The notes under the pieces: generated by a model
What the model saw: the letters and a program-made list of their open reading frames with translations, nothing else
What the model was told of the DNA's origin: nothing
The model's database searches: none
In this document: positions 1 to 13,380 of the stretch, piece after piece
How the letters are laid out: each line of letters starts with the position of its first letter
Numbering within the stretch: the stretch's first letter is position 1
Made by a program: the position numbers and the translations under genes
From: Eledone cirrhosa
Lineage: Eukaryota
NCBI GenBank assembly: GCA_964016885.1
Contig: OZ024740.1
Location: 310,124,001-310,188,000, forward strand
DNA length: 64,000 nt
Direction: 5' to 3'

Positions 1-1420
1 GAAGGAGAGGGGCCTTCTTCTTCGCTATCTTCTGCGGGCAAAACGCCCTGAGGTGACCCTTCGACCCACAGAGATAACATTTTGGCCGTCTTCCTTCTAC
101 GCTTATAGGGAGTTGGTGTCGGTCCTCGATGTCTATGATATCGGGGATAGCATCGATACATTCCTAGTCAGTTTGTATAAGCATTTGCATGCCTATACCT
201 GACCAGTTCTCTCTCCCTATTTTCTCTACTTGCAGCATGGTCGTCCTGTCCTCGATTCCAGCAAGGACAGACGCGGCCAGCCAAGGTATGGGCACGTCGG
301 GTGGGACCTGGGTCACTTTGACCCTCACAAGTTTCTGCCCGCAGTAGGAGGGCACCAAGACTATCTCCTCACTCTTTAGGGTTTCCAAAGAGTGAGACTT
401 TGCTTCCTGGGGGTGACGAAAAGTACGTCTACTGTGGCGTACTTTCTGCATCGGGTGATGTGGGTTTTGCGTGCCCAGACGCACCGCAAGGCCTTTGGGA
501 TTTTAGCCTCCGTGGCTCTCTCCACCCGATGTGAAATTTTGCTTACGGTGCGGTAAGTCACCGTCCGCAGCTGCTGGTCCTTGAAAAAATCGGGTAGAGT
601 TTTCAGGGAGACTCTATTGGCGCTTCTTGTCACCATGGCCTTTGCGACTGCCATCTCCTCCTCTGTGACTAACACTGTCTCAATATTTCGGGCGACACCT
701 GCAAAAGAGTGGTCCCTTTTTCAGCAGCACCACTATTGCTGCCGCTACTGGTCTTACTGCTGGTGCTGCGATCGCTGTTACTGGTATCAATGTTGATGTT
801 TTCGTTGGTACAGTTGTTGGTGTTGTTGTTGTTGTTTTCGTTGATACTGTTGCTGTTGTTACTGTTATTGTGGCTGTTGTTATTATTGTTGTTTTTGTTG
901 ATACTGTTCCTACTATTATTGTTGTCGTGGCTGTTGTTATTGTCATTGTTATTGTCGTTCTCAACTTTACCGCTATTATTTTTGTTGTTACTGTTGTTAT
1001 TGATGGTGTTGTTGTTGGTGTTGTTGTTGGTTTTATTGTTAGTGTTGTTTGTGTTAGAAATATTTGGTAATTTTAAATCTATAACAATCTTCTTTTCCTT
1101 TGTAATATTTTCGTTTATATTTACCTCCGCTGGAATGCTGTCTTGTTGACATGCTGATAAAGTCTCCCTCTCTCCGTGTAGTCTGACAGCGCTCTCTCTC
1201 TTTCTTGTATTATCCATGTTGAAAGTTTTTTCAAAAAATATTTTAACACAAATACGACACCCCGTAAAGAGGTGCCGTATTATTTACAAGTGAACCCCTG
1301 TATTAGGTTGGTCACTTCTAAACTTTTATCAAATTTAAAACTTGAATAAAAGGTTTAGAACGGTTGAAAACGAGGTAAAAGGTTGACAAAAACTGGAGGC
1401 GATAAGAAGCGTGGCTACAC
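1..1420 (-). mobile_element. 5' part of a Tx1/L1-like non-LTR retrotransposon (5'UTR + frameshifted ORF1); continues off the left edge
   Basis: ORFs 669..1217, 376..675 and 164..484 join into an Asn-rich ORF1. PSYCGQKLVRVKVTQVPP..W..ENWSG matches SSYMGKRTVKVCIPRIPP..W..EDWSG of ORF 20398..21312. The minus strand of ~36-80 reads CYLCGSKGHLRAFC (CX2CX4HX4C zinc knuckle). The 5' end abuts an (ATT)n tract. Confidence 0.8.
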
Positions 1421-1444
1421 CAACAATAATAATAATAATAATAA

Positions 1445-1760
1445 TGCAAGAAAAGGAGAGGGAGAAAATTAACCGATACCAGGACTTAAAGTGGGAGGTA
1501 AAAAGGATTTGGAACTGCGATGAAGTCAGAGTCGTCCCGATTGTCATAGGCGCACTAGGTACTATATCAAAGAGTTTCCAAGGATGGTTAAAGAAAATTA
1601 GTCCGACCCCGCTTTTTGGAACACTTCAAAAGGCATGCTTGCTGGGAACAGCAAGAACCCTTCGATACGTCCTAAATATCTGAGGCTGCAGGTAGCGGGT
1701 TGATATTCATTTCAACAAACTTTCCAGTTAGATAACATCAATGACTGAGACTCAAAGAAT
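1445..1760 (+). mobile_element. R4/Dong-like LINE, 5'-truncated 3' end (subfamily A)
   Basis: QEKEREKINRYQDLKWEVKRIW..PIVIGALG..LGTARTLRYVLNI* is near-identical to the C-termini of ORFs 26095..27315 and 48268..48990. Same 3'UTR; (AAT)n on both sides. Confidence 0.9.
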
Positions 1761-1809
1761 AATAAGAATAAGAACAACAACATCAACAATAACAAAAACA
1801 ACAACAACA

Positions 1810-2450
1810 AATACGGCTACAAAATAGACAACAAATCCATAAATCACATGTTTTATGCAGATTACATGAATCTGTGTGTCAAAGATAACAGCGTATTGGG
1901 AGGACTGTTGAAGACAATTAAGTTGTTAAGAGATGAAGTAGAAATGGATTTTTGATTGAAAAAATGCGTCAAAGCAATATTCAAGGAAGTCAGAATGACA
2001 AGCAGAAACATAATGGGAATAGATGTGTATATGATAATTAAGGAACTAGAAGAGGAACAAACCTATAGATATCTAGGGAACAATGAAGGCCATGGAATTC
2101 ACCATGACAGCATTAAACAGAGAATGGGGAAAGAATGTTACCGGAGATTACGGGCTGGCTTACAAACTGTGCTTAACGCGAGGAATACATTATATGTCAT
2201 TAATGCGGTTTCAATCCCAGTTGTGACCTACACCAAAATCAGGAACTTTCTGACATCTAATAAACTACGTCACCCAAATACATATGTGGATCGCTTTTAT
2301 CTCCCTAGATAAAACAGAGGTAAAGCAAAATATAGAAATTAGACTCGGACAATACAGTAAAACTAGAGATGACTGGATGCTGAACATATTTACATATCAC
2401 GAAATGAAGAAGAGGTTACATTAAATCATGAATTAAAGTAGGAAGTTTTC
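1810..2450 (+). pseudogene. Degraded R4/Dong-like RT fragment
   Basis: YGYKIDNKSINHMFYADY.. and KKCVKA..ELEEEQTYRYLG..KECYRRLRA align by eye with ORF 29233..30372. Confidence 0.8.
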
Positions 2451-2560
2451 GGAATAGTTTGGAACATTGTTGACTGTTCCCTAACTGAAATATCCAGATT
2501 GCTTAACATCTCAGTCTCTGAGATTTACAAAAAGGAACCATAATGATAACTATTTCTTTT

Positions 2561-2782
2561 ATAATTGTTTCTACTTTAGGCACACGGCCAGCAATGCGGG
2601 GGCGGGCAGAATTTCGATTAAATCGACCCCAGTGCGTTACTGGTGTTTTATTTGATGGACCCCGTAAGGATGAAAGGCAAAGCTAACCTCGCAGGAATTT
2701 GAACTCAGAACGCAACGGGCCGTAACTCTATGTCACTAAGTATGTTGTCCGGCGCTCTACCGATTCTGCGAATCCACCACCC
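2561..2782 (-). mobile_element. tRNA-derived SINE (variant with extra 3' segment)
   Basis: B-box GAGTTCAAAT, core CTTTGCCTTTCATCCTTACGGGGTC, 3' GTAGAAACAATTAT. Confidence 0.85.
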
Positions 2783-3229
2783 TAACTATCTGTTTAATTG
2801 AATAGCATGATTATATTTAAAGAATTTTGAACTTTTTTACCGTGTTTCCATGTTATTTAGAAACGAAAGTGCTGGCGCACTCCCTGCCTATTTCTGCATA
2901 GAAATGTATATGAACACAATATACTGTCGATTAAACGGTTAGAATCCTCTGTATCACTGGATTCGCTTATTCCAGTGTACAATGACAAATGCTGTTCGTG
3001 CAGTATATTTATACCATAAATTACAGATTTCTCAAAAAATTTCAATAACTGGCGTCAAATGCACACTGCATTTACGTAAGAAGAACTAATCTAATTTACT
3101 TTAGCATCCATGAGTTATAGCTTATACTATATACTGCTAATGCAAATTGGCATTGAGGATTACAGATTTTTACATGAAAACAAAATAATATACCACACAA
3201 ACACACAATATCTCACATATACATAGACA

Positions 3230-3792
<563 letters not shown>

Positions 3793-3899
3793 AAGGGAAT
3801 GACATATATAGAAATATATCAAACCTTAAGACAGGAGATATTTTGCAAAGAATGTAAGAACATATAGTTACAAAGTCAGTTTGACAACAATGTATCAAA

Positions 3900-4800
3900 A
3901 GTACATACCGCACATCAAATACCTACTTTGCAGGCGATATGGCATGTAGCGGTAATTTTCTCAGACACGACATCGTTGTTCAGTTTAATAACATCTTCAA
4001 GTGTCCTTTGTTTGTATCTCAGGCGTATCCATGTTGCCTTGTGCATTTTTATTTTCTGAAAGAAGTATTGCCCTCGTCCAGCTCAAACTCAATCCATAAT
4101 TCCAAAAGAAGACCAATTGCATTCAATTTTCCCATACTTCAGACATGGTCGTACTTTACCACACGTACTTTAAAATAATCAAGAAGCAAGATCTTGTCCG
4201 AATGAGAAATAGAGGTTATACCCTTTCGTAAATCTTTGTAAAAGGCCATAATTCATTCCTGGCTACTATCCATGGTAGAAGTATACACTGAAATGATATT
4301 CGTGAAACGTCCTCTTGAAAGAGGAACGCTTAGATGCGTAATTTGATCAATAATGCCTTGTGATGACGACAGTTGCTTTGTGATTTCTGTCTGGATAGCA
4401 AAACCTGTTTCTCCATTCCTTTCATACCCATTTGATCCCTATCGAGAACTTATACCCCCCCCCCCTCTCTGTTAGATGACCTTCCCCAATAAGACGGGTT
4501 TCAGAGAGTGCAATTATATCAATATTATACCTGTTCAATTTTCTGGCAACAATAATATTTTTCCGTTCTGGATTTGTGGATAATTCACTCTCAAGCGGTG
4601 ATCTAATATTCCATATAGCAACATTGAATGCAATTCTATTCTTTTGAAAATTACTATTCTTCTTCTTGTTTGTCCTGTCGTTATGAATAGCTGCCAACCA
4701 CTGGTAGCTGACCAGCTTGATGGTGGAACACACAATATTTTGGCCACGTTTTCTAGATGTTCCAAGATTTGGGTGAGCAGTGTTCTCCTTTGAAAGAGGT
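3900..4800 (-). mobile_element. RTE-clade LINE remnant, AP-endonuclease N-terminus
   Basis: ORF 4422..4733: FNVAIWNIRS..PERK..VARKLNRYNIDIIALSETRLIGEGHLTE.GGGY, typical RTE APE motifs. Confidence 0.8.
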
Positions 4801-5011
4801 GTTCATTCACAAATGAAACCGCACAAACCAGCTCCTATTCTGAAAGCTCGTAACGACATTACAAAGAGACCAAAGTAGTATGTGCTTGGGCTACGTACAT
4901 GCATCTCACTAACGATCGACAGCCAGAATCCAATGACAAGCAGATGCAGGATGATCGATAACCGTATCAGCCGCAAACACTTTTAGAGTGTTCTCTCGAA
5001 ATAAATGAAGA

Positions 5012-5055
<44 letters not shown>

Positions 5056-5057
5056 AA

Positions 5058-5410
5058 TACACAAGAATCAAAGTTATGTTTAAAACATTTAATCGTTGAC
5101 AATTGTTTCTTCCAAACCTAGGCTTGGAGTCTTCGGAGCATTATTAATGTTTGTACACACAATTAACCTCCTATTCAACTGAAGAGTCATACAGATACAT
5201 ATATATTGACAACAGTTTCATGTCCCATCCATTCCACATTGTAAACATGAAACTGTTGTCAATACATACGTATCTGTATGATTCTTCAGTTGAATAGGAG
5301 GTTAATTGTGTGTACAAACATTAATAATGCTCCGAAGACTCCAAGCCTAGGTTTGGAAGAAACAATTGTCAGCGATTAAATGTTTTAAACATAACATTGA
5401 TTCTTGTGTA
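5058..5410. repeat. Fold-back element (family C): ~165-bp inverted arms, ~21-nt loop
   Basis: 5058-5223 is the near-perfect reverse complement of 5245-5410; (TA)n on the left. Confidence 0.92.
5325..5378 (+). ncRNA. Minimal type-I hammerhead-like motif (core variant CCGAAGA); mirror copy ~5090-5143 on minus
   Basis: AATGCT-CCGAAGA-C-TCCAAGC ctag GTTTGGA-A-GAAA-CAATTG-TC-AGCGATT: stems I and II, palindromic stem III, GUC site. Confidence 0.65.
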
Positions 5411-5717
5411 ATATATATTACTGCTCTGTAAAACAACTGATGTTCTTACATTGAGCTATTTATCTTACTGGTAATAAGGTAGTAATAAATTACTGACCTT
5501 CCCTGTTTATAGTTGTTTATAGTATAGTATATACGTAACTATAAATAGTATCTTTAATATTATATATATATATATGCAATGCAAATATAGCTATATAGAT
5601 ATATAGCTATGCGAACACCGGGGCTAACGCTCTACAACAACAGAGGGCGTTATCCCCCCCCCGGTGTTCGCATACATACGGCTTCCTAAAGTCGTATTTC
5701 GAAAGAAATACGGAATT

Positions 5718-5802
<85 letters not shown>

Positions 5803-5806
<4 letters not shown>

Positions 5807-6009
5807 AACGAGTAGGACCCCGACGGCTGAGCTCAAGCCGATTCGACGGCTAATTCTGGACTAGAATTAGTCCAGAATTAGCCGTCGAAACGGCTCGAGC
5901 TCAGCCGTCGGGATCCTACTCGTTCCTATTACCCACTCTACTACTCTAGGTATTGAGTACTTTGGTGCGTTATGGTCCACCTGGTTCCTTACCACATTTC
6001 CTCCGTTAT
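5803..6009 (+). mobile_element. Fold-back element family A, copy 1 (~60-bp arms + ~80-nt unpaired tail) in (TA)n
   Basis: TAGGAACGAGTAGGACCCCGACGGC..GCCGTCGGGATCCTACTCGTTCCTA followed by a tail ending CCGTTAT; four more copies in the window. Confidence 0.9.
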
Positions 6010-6045
6010 ACATATATATATATATAAAATATATATATATATATT

Positions 6046-6116
<71 letters not shown>

Positions 6117-6122
<6 letters not shown>

Positions 6123-8023
6123 ATACTTTGGGAGGGTCATGTTGCCAATAAGAAACACACGCACCAGTTGCTTTCACTTCAATTTATTATAATAAATTTA
6201 TAAATTTCTGGTTGGTTGGTTGGTTCCACAACCAGATAGTTGTTTATATATTGTCATAGTTCTTTCGTCACACACTATGTGACCTCTTCAGTGACTGGGG
6301 ATTCCTTTCTTTTTTTCTGTGCCTCTCCTTTGTTCTGTCCTACGCCATTTTGTTTCTGTGTGTGTGTTGTGTGCTCAGTCTGCACATGCGCCACATCCGG
6401 GTGTCTGTGTGTGTTTATGTTCATTTATTTATTTGTTTATATACATGTTACTGGTTGGTTGTTTGTTCTATGTGTGTGTGTGTTTTCATTTTGTCCTTAA
6501 TTGTAAGTTGCGATGTTGCTTTTCCACTCGTATTTTCTATTTAATTTTGGTTGTAATTCTTTTATGTTTACTGCCTCTGTAATTTGTCTAAACATTGCGT
6601 CTTTTCTGTGTGTAGATTCTATTTTTATTTCTATGTTCTCTAATTTACCCTTGTGTTCTATTTTAGCATGTTGGTAGAGTACAGATGATTCTTTACTATC
6701 TTGAAGGTCTCGCCAGTGTTCATTTATCCGTTCCCCTACACTACGAGCTGTCTCACCTATGTACACTATATGTTTGTCTCTACATTGTCCTTCGGTACAT
6801 CTTATGCTATACACTACATTTCTAGTTTTACAGTTAATATAGGGGCTTATTTTACAGGTTATACATTTCTTATCTATACATGAGGGTCTTTGAAAAGGGT
6901 ATGTCTTGCTAATGAGTGTTTTTACGGAGGTACCTGGTCTTTCTACTATCTTAATATTGAGTTTATGTTTATTTAGGGCCCTTCTAAATTTGTAAGCTAA
7001 TTCACCTCTAGGGGTTGTATCGATGAACATTACACTCTGGTATTTATTGCTATCATACCATGAGTTTATTCTATTAGCCTTGTTCCTAGTTCTTTCTATT
7101 CTATTCCAAAATTTGCTCCTATACAAGGGGCAGGTTCCATTTATGTCATTATTTACCATTTTTTCCCATTTGGTTCTGGCTCCTCTATACACTCTGATTT
7201 TATCTCTCTGATTGTAGCCAGAGAACTGCATACGGTGGATGAAGTGTTGTATGTGTCTCTCTAGTTCTTCGGGGTTGCACATGCGGGACACATTTCTCAT
7301 CACCCGTACCAAATCCGCAATCAGTATGTGATTTTGGTATGGTACGAAATGGCCGAGTTTCGGTGGATCAGATGTTTGGAAGTCATGGGTTTGGCATAAT
7401 GGGAATGGAGGATTTGTTTTTTGTTGTTAATGGTATCTAACCAGAGCTCTGTGTCTAGTACAGGTAATCGATGGTTGGGGTGTTTACTTGGGTAGTCTAT
7501 AGTAACTCTAATGCTCTGGTGGATGGAGTTTGCTATTTGCTGGATGCTTTCCATTGTGTTTTTCTCTAGTTCCTGACTGTTCTCTAGTGGGGGTGTCTTA
7601 ACTACGATGTTTATATGATCTACGTAGCGGGAGTACATTATCAGGGTTAAGGGGTCTTCTAATTGTTCTTTAAGTTTAAGTTTAAGTCTACTGTCCCACC
7701 ATACCATGAATAAGTTAGCTATGTCGCCTGCAATGCTAACACCAATGGCTGCTCCTTCCTCTTGGGCATATGTTTTTCCATTAAATTTGAACATATGTTC
7801 CTTAAGGGTTAGTTTTATGCTGGCCCCTACAGCATGTGCAATCATTTTCTTCAGTTCATCGTGGTTTTCGGGTGTCCGTGTGGCTCTGGTCCACCCGTTC
7901 CATCTATCTGTGTGGGTTTTCTTGGCCATTGAGGTAATGGTAGGTGGTCTGCCTCTTGCTGGTCTTGTAGGCCACAGGTTGCTAAGGTCATATGTGTCTA
8001 GGTAATTATTACTATAGGTAAGT
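6117..8023 (-). mobile_element. Penelope-like retroelement (RT + C-terminal GIY-YIG), 5'-truncated, frameshifted; Nematis/Neptune-like
   Basis: ORF 7321..7929 has RT motifs QEEGAAIG..IANLFM, YSRYVDH, LPVLD, HYAKP. ORF 6497..7312 has C-x4-C-x2-C linker, NVVYSIRC..YIGETARSVGERINEH, RQITEAVNI..PKLN. Flanked by (TA)n. Confidence 0.92.
6253..6295 (-). ncRNA. Minimal type-I hammerhead ribozyme in the PLE 3' repeat (pLTR)
   Basis: Minus strand: GTCA-CTGAAGA-G-GTCACA tagtg TGTGAC-GAAA-GAAC-TA-TGAC. Confidence 0.8.
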
Positions 8024-8045
8024 ATATATATATTACTATAGGTAA

Positions 8046-8612
<567 letters not shown>

Positions 8613-9849
8613 ATTTGTTTCGACACGTGATTTCATATCAAAAACCTTGCAAAACAAAAAGTAAATATATATATATCAATCATATTAATAAATGGAAACT
8701 ATTATATATAAAGCCTGTTTTATAAACATTGACATATCCACGAAGGAGATCTTAGCGGTTCAAGCTTTTCCAGGATAATAAAAGGAAAGAGGGTAAAGAT
8801 AGGAAAAGTCAAATATTTCAAATTATTAAGATGAATATGCAAATCAGGTTGAGGTATAGGGCTGAATAACACATTATTTTTAGACGCTAGGTAGATTTAA
8901 CTAATTATTAGGATATATATATGTATGTGGAGGAAGAAGAAAGAGAAAGAAAGAAAAGCTTGTATTTACGTGAATTTAAAAAGAATTAACAGTTTGTAGG
9001 AATGGTGGAATATGAATCCATAATTAAAAGATATATATTTAGCTATATTATGAGTTATAATATATATATAAAATCAATAAATATCTTTAAGTCGTTTGGA
9101 AGCCCCGACAATGCAAATGGGTAAATCTCCGGGTAACAAGATCCGGTGGTGGAGAGAGAGATGTAAGTGGGTGTACGTTGAGATGCGTGGCGTGTAAAGA
9201 TGTGTAAATGTGTAGAAGAACGAAGGGAAGAGTATAAAGGATAAAATAAAAATAACAACACAAGAGAGAGTTACCTTGGGAGAGATTTAATAGTCCCTAT
9301 ATATTTCGGATTCACATCCATCAACTGGGGTTTTTTTCCGGGGTAAAGGTTGTCTGTCGGACAGGTGCGAAACGCGTCCTCCGCTGTTTGTTGTTTTGAA
9401 TATCTATATATAAAATCTATATATAAAATCTATATATAAAATCAATTATATTATATGAAGTATTATGGTTGTGAGTACATTTTATCTTATTACATTGCAA
9501 CTGGTTGTAAGTATATAAATATCTATATAGACTAATAAGTGTCCAAGTATAAGTATTATTGGTGATTTGATATAAATAAACCACATTTATTAATTGTTTA
9601 CATTTCTAATATGAGTAACGAAGGATTTTGATTTTACATTTTACATAAATATTTAAGAAAAAGACGTAGTTCAAATTGTAGAACAATTTGAAGATTCAAA
9701 TATTTTCATCCAACATTGAAAATGTTTTCAGAACCTTGTTAATTTAGCAAAATTATATAATTTATCATACAAGTTATCATATCTATGTTTGCTCACTTGT
9801 AAAGGAAAAGATCACTCAAATATTATTTGCTAACCATCAAACTTGATGA

Positions 9850-10440
9850 ATGAGTTTCTTAGAAAGTATGTAGAGAAAATTATATATTATTTTGTGTGAG
9901 ATTATAAGGTATTTTATATTATATGTTTTTCAAGGATGATAATTTCTATTACATATTATCTACGTCGAAAGATGTGTGAAAAGTTTGAAGATTAAAGAGA
10001 GGAAAAATGTATTATTAGATGAGTCAAGAGTGCATTTAGAAGAGGATATCTTTCAGAATGTTAATTAAAGAGTATCAATCTAAATCTAAAAAAGTAGATT
10101 AAGAAGAATATCAAATGGTAAAAATACTAAATTTAAGAAGGAAGATCATTTAAAAAAATATAAATTTTTAAAGAAAAACTCAGTAAATAATATGATCATT
10201 TTAAAGGTGTATAAGATCTTGTCAAGTATAATGAATATCATAGATTAAAACTACTTCGGAAAGTGTATTTTATCTGATGAGAGCGTACCAAAGTTTTGGT
10301 ACCCTTGAAATATATATAATAGAATAAATATGGTTTTATAAATATAGTTTCCATTTATTAATAACAATGACAGAAAATTTGTCGAGTGCTTCGAATCAGT
10401 TATAAACATATATATTTGTTGAATTCCCAACAAATTAAAT
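9850..10440 (+). mobile_element. Highly degraded PLE 3' region (possible GIY-YIG remnant + pLTR)
   Basis: Faint IIY..CE..FYI and LSTSKD..LKIKE-like stretches followed by a hammerhead motif and AATAAA. Confidence 0.35.
10268..10322 (+). ncRNA. Minimal type-I hammerhead motif
   Basis: TTAT-CTGATGA-GAGcGTACCAA agtt TTGGTACcCTT-GAAA-TATATA-TAA. Confidence 0.7.
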
Positions 10441-10673
10441 ATCCCTTTTACTTATATATATATATACATATACATATCTTCATTTAATACACACAGGCTT
10501 ATACTAAAAGTTTTTCTGTTCCTGAATCTGTTCATGTTACCCACTCTACTGCCTAAAGTATCAAGTACTCTAGTGAGTTATGGTCCACTTGGTAATTTAC
10601 CACACCCTATCTGACACACACACACGCACCCCCCCCACACACACATACACACACACACACTCACACACGCGCG

Positions 10674-10717
<44 letters not shown>

Positions 10718-11659
10718 GACACACACTCACACACACTTCTGCATAGACTACTATACTAAACTGTTTCGATCGCTTTTAATCTCAAAATTTAGTATATATG
10801 AATACATTAACGGATTCTATCTGTAACCAATGAACAGCGAAACGGGAACAGTCATTCTCTTGATTCTGATTATGTGAATGGCTTTGTAATTATTCGTGCG
10901 CATACTTATTTTCATATTCCCATTCGAAACATTTCTTTATTTCATGTAAATATTATCTTCAGTAATACAACAATGTAAGTTCTCGAAAAACGCACTGGAA
11001 GTTTTATTCTCAAATAATAAGTCAACGAAACTTAAAACATCTGATCATCATTTTAGAAACTAATGTTTGAATGTGAATCAATACTTTCGCTGTTCCATGA
11101 AATTTGATTATTTCTACTATTTTGTTCCAATTCCGTATCCAATCCACGCGCGTTAGGATTTTGTTTAATTCAATTGATATTCACCCTCAACATCCCCGCA
11201 TTTACTGTCTGATCGGCGAAAGGATTTTGTCTGATACGTTGATATAAAAGATGCCTGTAGCAAATGAGATTAAATTGCTTCCTTCTGCTTTTGTGATAAA
11301 CTTAGCTATGTTTTAGTATCTATTTCTCTGTAAAATCTAATTCTAAATTTGAAAGTCGCTGTATACTTTCATGTGTTTATAAATCCTATAGTTATCTAAC
11401 TTACCACTAAAGATATATTCCTGGATACTTAATTTAACGTGAATAAATATTTCTATTTTATTTCAGTTTTATTAATTTGATTGTAAACTGGCTATCACTA
11501 TATTTTCTCATTATGAGTATGCTAATTTGAATTTTATTCCGTGAAATCCATTTATATTTTCTAACAATGGCACATTTATATTATAGAATATATCGAATCA
11601 AATAATAGAGACATAGCTATGAACATTGAACACGGTAAAACATTCCTTTAAATGCACAT

Positions 11660-13380
11660 GGTGTTAACGGAATGTTAGGTATACAGCCTTTTGGGCCCCC
11701 CATCACTACTCTCAGGAAAAAAGTCGGTGGAAGCCGCCACATCGTGGTAGGAAATGTATTCCGCAGATTCGCAGCCAAAATCATTTTAATTCTGTCGCAC
11801 CAGAAGGAGGTGAGAAGCTCAGGTCGGTGGGGCTTGGGACCAGCGTGACCAGCGGATTCACATAGGTTGCTAGATATTACTAGATATTACAGCTAGATAT
11901 TACTTCAATGCCTGTCTTCCCGAGCCGGCTTCAAATGATTCCAGGAATCTGATCCTCAAGCTTCACATGAGAAATTCCTTTAACTGCCTGCATTTAGAGG
12001 ATTTTCTCAGCCGTGCCCCATCCACCGACTCACTGGCATACCTGTCGTACGGGTCTCGGTGCATGGTCTTCACTGCGGAAAAGGTCAAAACATTTCAAGC
12101 GGCTTTCACAGGAAAATACATGGGGCCTTCTCTCCTTTACACGGAGAAAAACTACCCCTCGATATCAATTCATCTGTCGGAGGTCATAAACGTCAAATAC
12201 AACGCAGACGGCTTCGCAAGCTCCTTCTCGCGCGTGCTATCATTACAAAATCAGATGAAACTGAACTTTGAAGCAGACGTCCTCATCCTTAGTTCGCCGA
12301 TCCTCTCAACTGCCATTCGCTCTAGTCTCGGGTACATCCATCACCAGCTAGAATCTATGACGAATAGACTGAACCTGATCGAAGCCACTTCGCGCACTTT
12401 CTGTTTAAGGAACTGTTTCGCCATGCAGAAGCTCCTATGCAGCTTCTGCCATACCCCTGCTACAGCCAAGCATTTCTTCTCACAGATTGCAATGTCTGCT
12501 TTCCACGGGTAGCTGAGGAGATATTCAGCGTCCGGTTTCATGTCACCGGATGGCAACAAGCAACATTAGATTCAGCTATGGCGGACCAGGATGCAGCTTC
12601 CAGTTTTACTCGTCCCGATGTTTCTTGTGTTTTTTTGTTAGCGACCTCTTGCCGTTTCTTCACAAACAAGGTTCTACACAACCCAACTGAAACCACTGAA
12701 ACCTATGTGCCATGGAATCAGCACGGCCTTCACCCTGCGAACGGCTATACCCCACTTTCCTCCGTAGATGCCCAGTACACTAAAAGAAAATGGCACGCCA
12801 ATCAGTGAAACATGACCTCAGACTGGCTGGTGTGTCGTCTCGATCAGTACCGTCTAGCATAACTTTGCTCGGGCTTCCAAGCCAACAGTGACACCTGTCT
12901 CAACATAATACCATCAATTTCACTTAAAGAATGACCTGTATAGCACGGGCTTCTCTTCCCACCTCAAACCAATGGGACTGGACCGAGAGAACGGTAAAAT
13001 GCCTGACGATATGAACATCTTCACGTTCTGTGTAGGTATGTCCCTCATCTGGGATCCTACATCTTTTGACACCTCTAGTGTCAACCCTGTGTGTTTGGTT
13101 ACAGCCCATACCTCACCCCCCTTCAGGATGAAGATGGGAAAATGTCAAAGTATTGACCGATTTCTGATAGGTTTCTGGTTGAGCCCGTGGCAGTGGAGAC
13201 GTCCGGCGTGTTGGCACCCGGAGCACACCCCTGCTGACTGCTACCGGAGCAGAGTTGGCTCTCCGCAGATGCGAGCACCACGAGGTGGAGTGGTAGTTCG
13301 AGCGCAATCTCTCACCGTCCTCTGTGGCAATGTCTTCTCCATCCTGTCAGCCAGGCCCACAAGGCGGACTGAGGCTTAAA
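11660..13380 (+). mobile_element. CRE-like non-LTR retrotransposon remnant (RT thumb + restriction-like endonuclease)
   Basis: ILSSPI..LRNCFAMQKLL..TP, WQQATL, and GLDRENGKMPDD..GMSLIWDPTSFDT, which resembles the GLxRxDGKRPDG..LxWDxT.xDT motif of CRE-type elements. Confidence 0.7.

Noticed and set aside
709-1149. Leu-rich 'membrane protein' ORF
   Set aside because: Antisense frame of the Asn-rich LINE ORF1.
10536-10606. Diverged match to the family A tail
   Set aside because: Real but only an old fragment without arms; not counted as a full copy.
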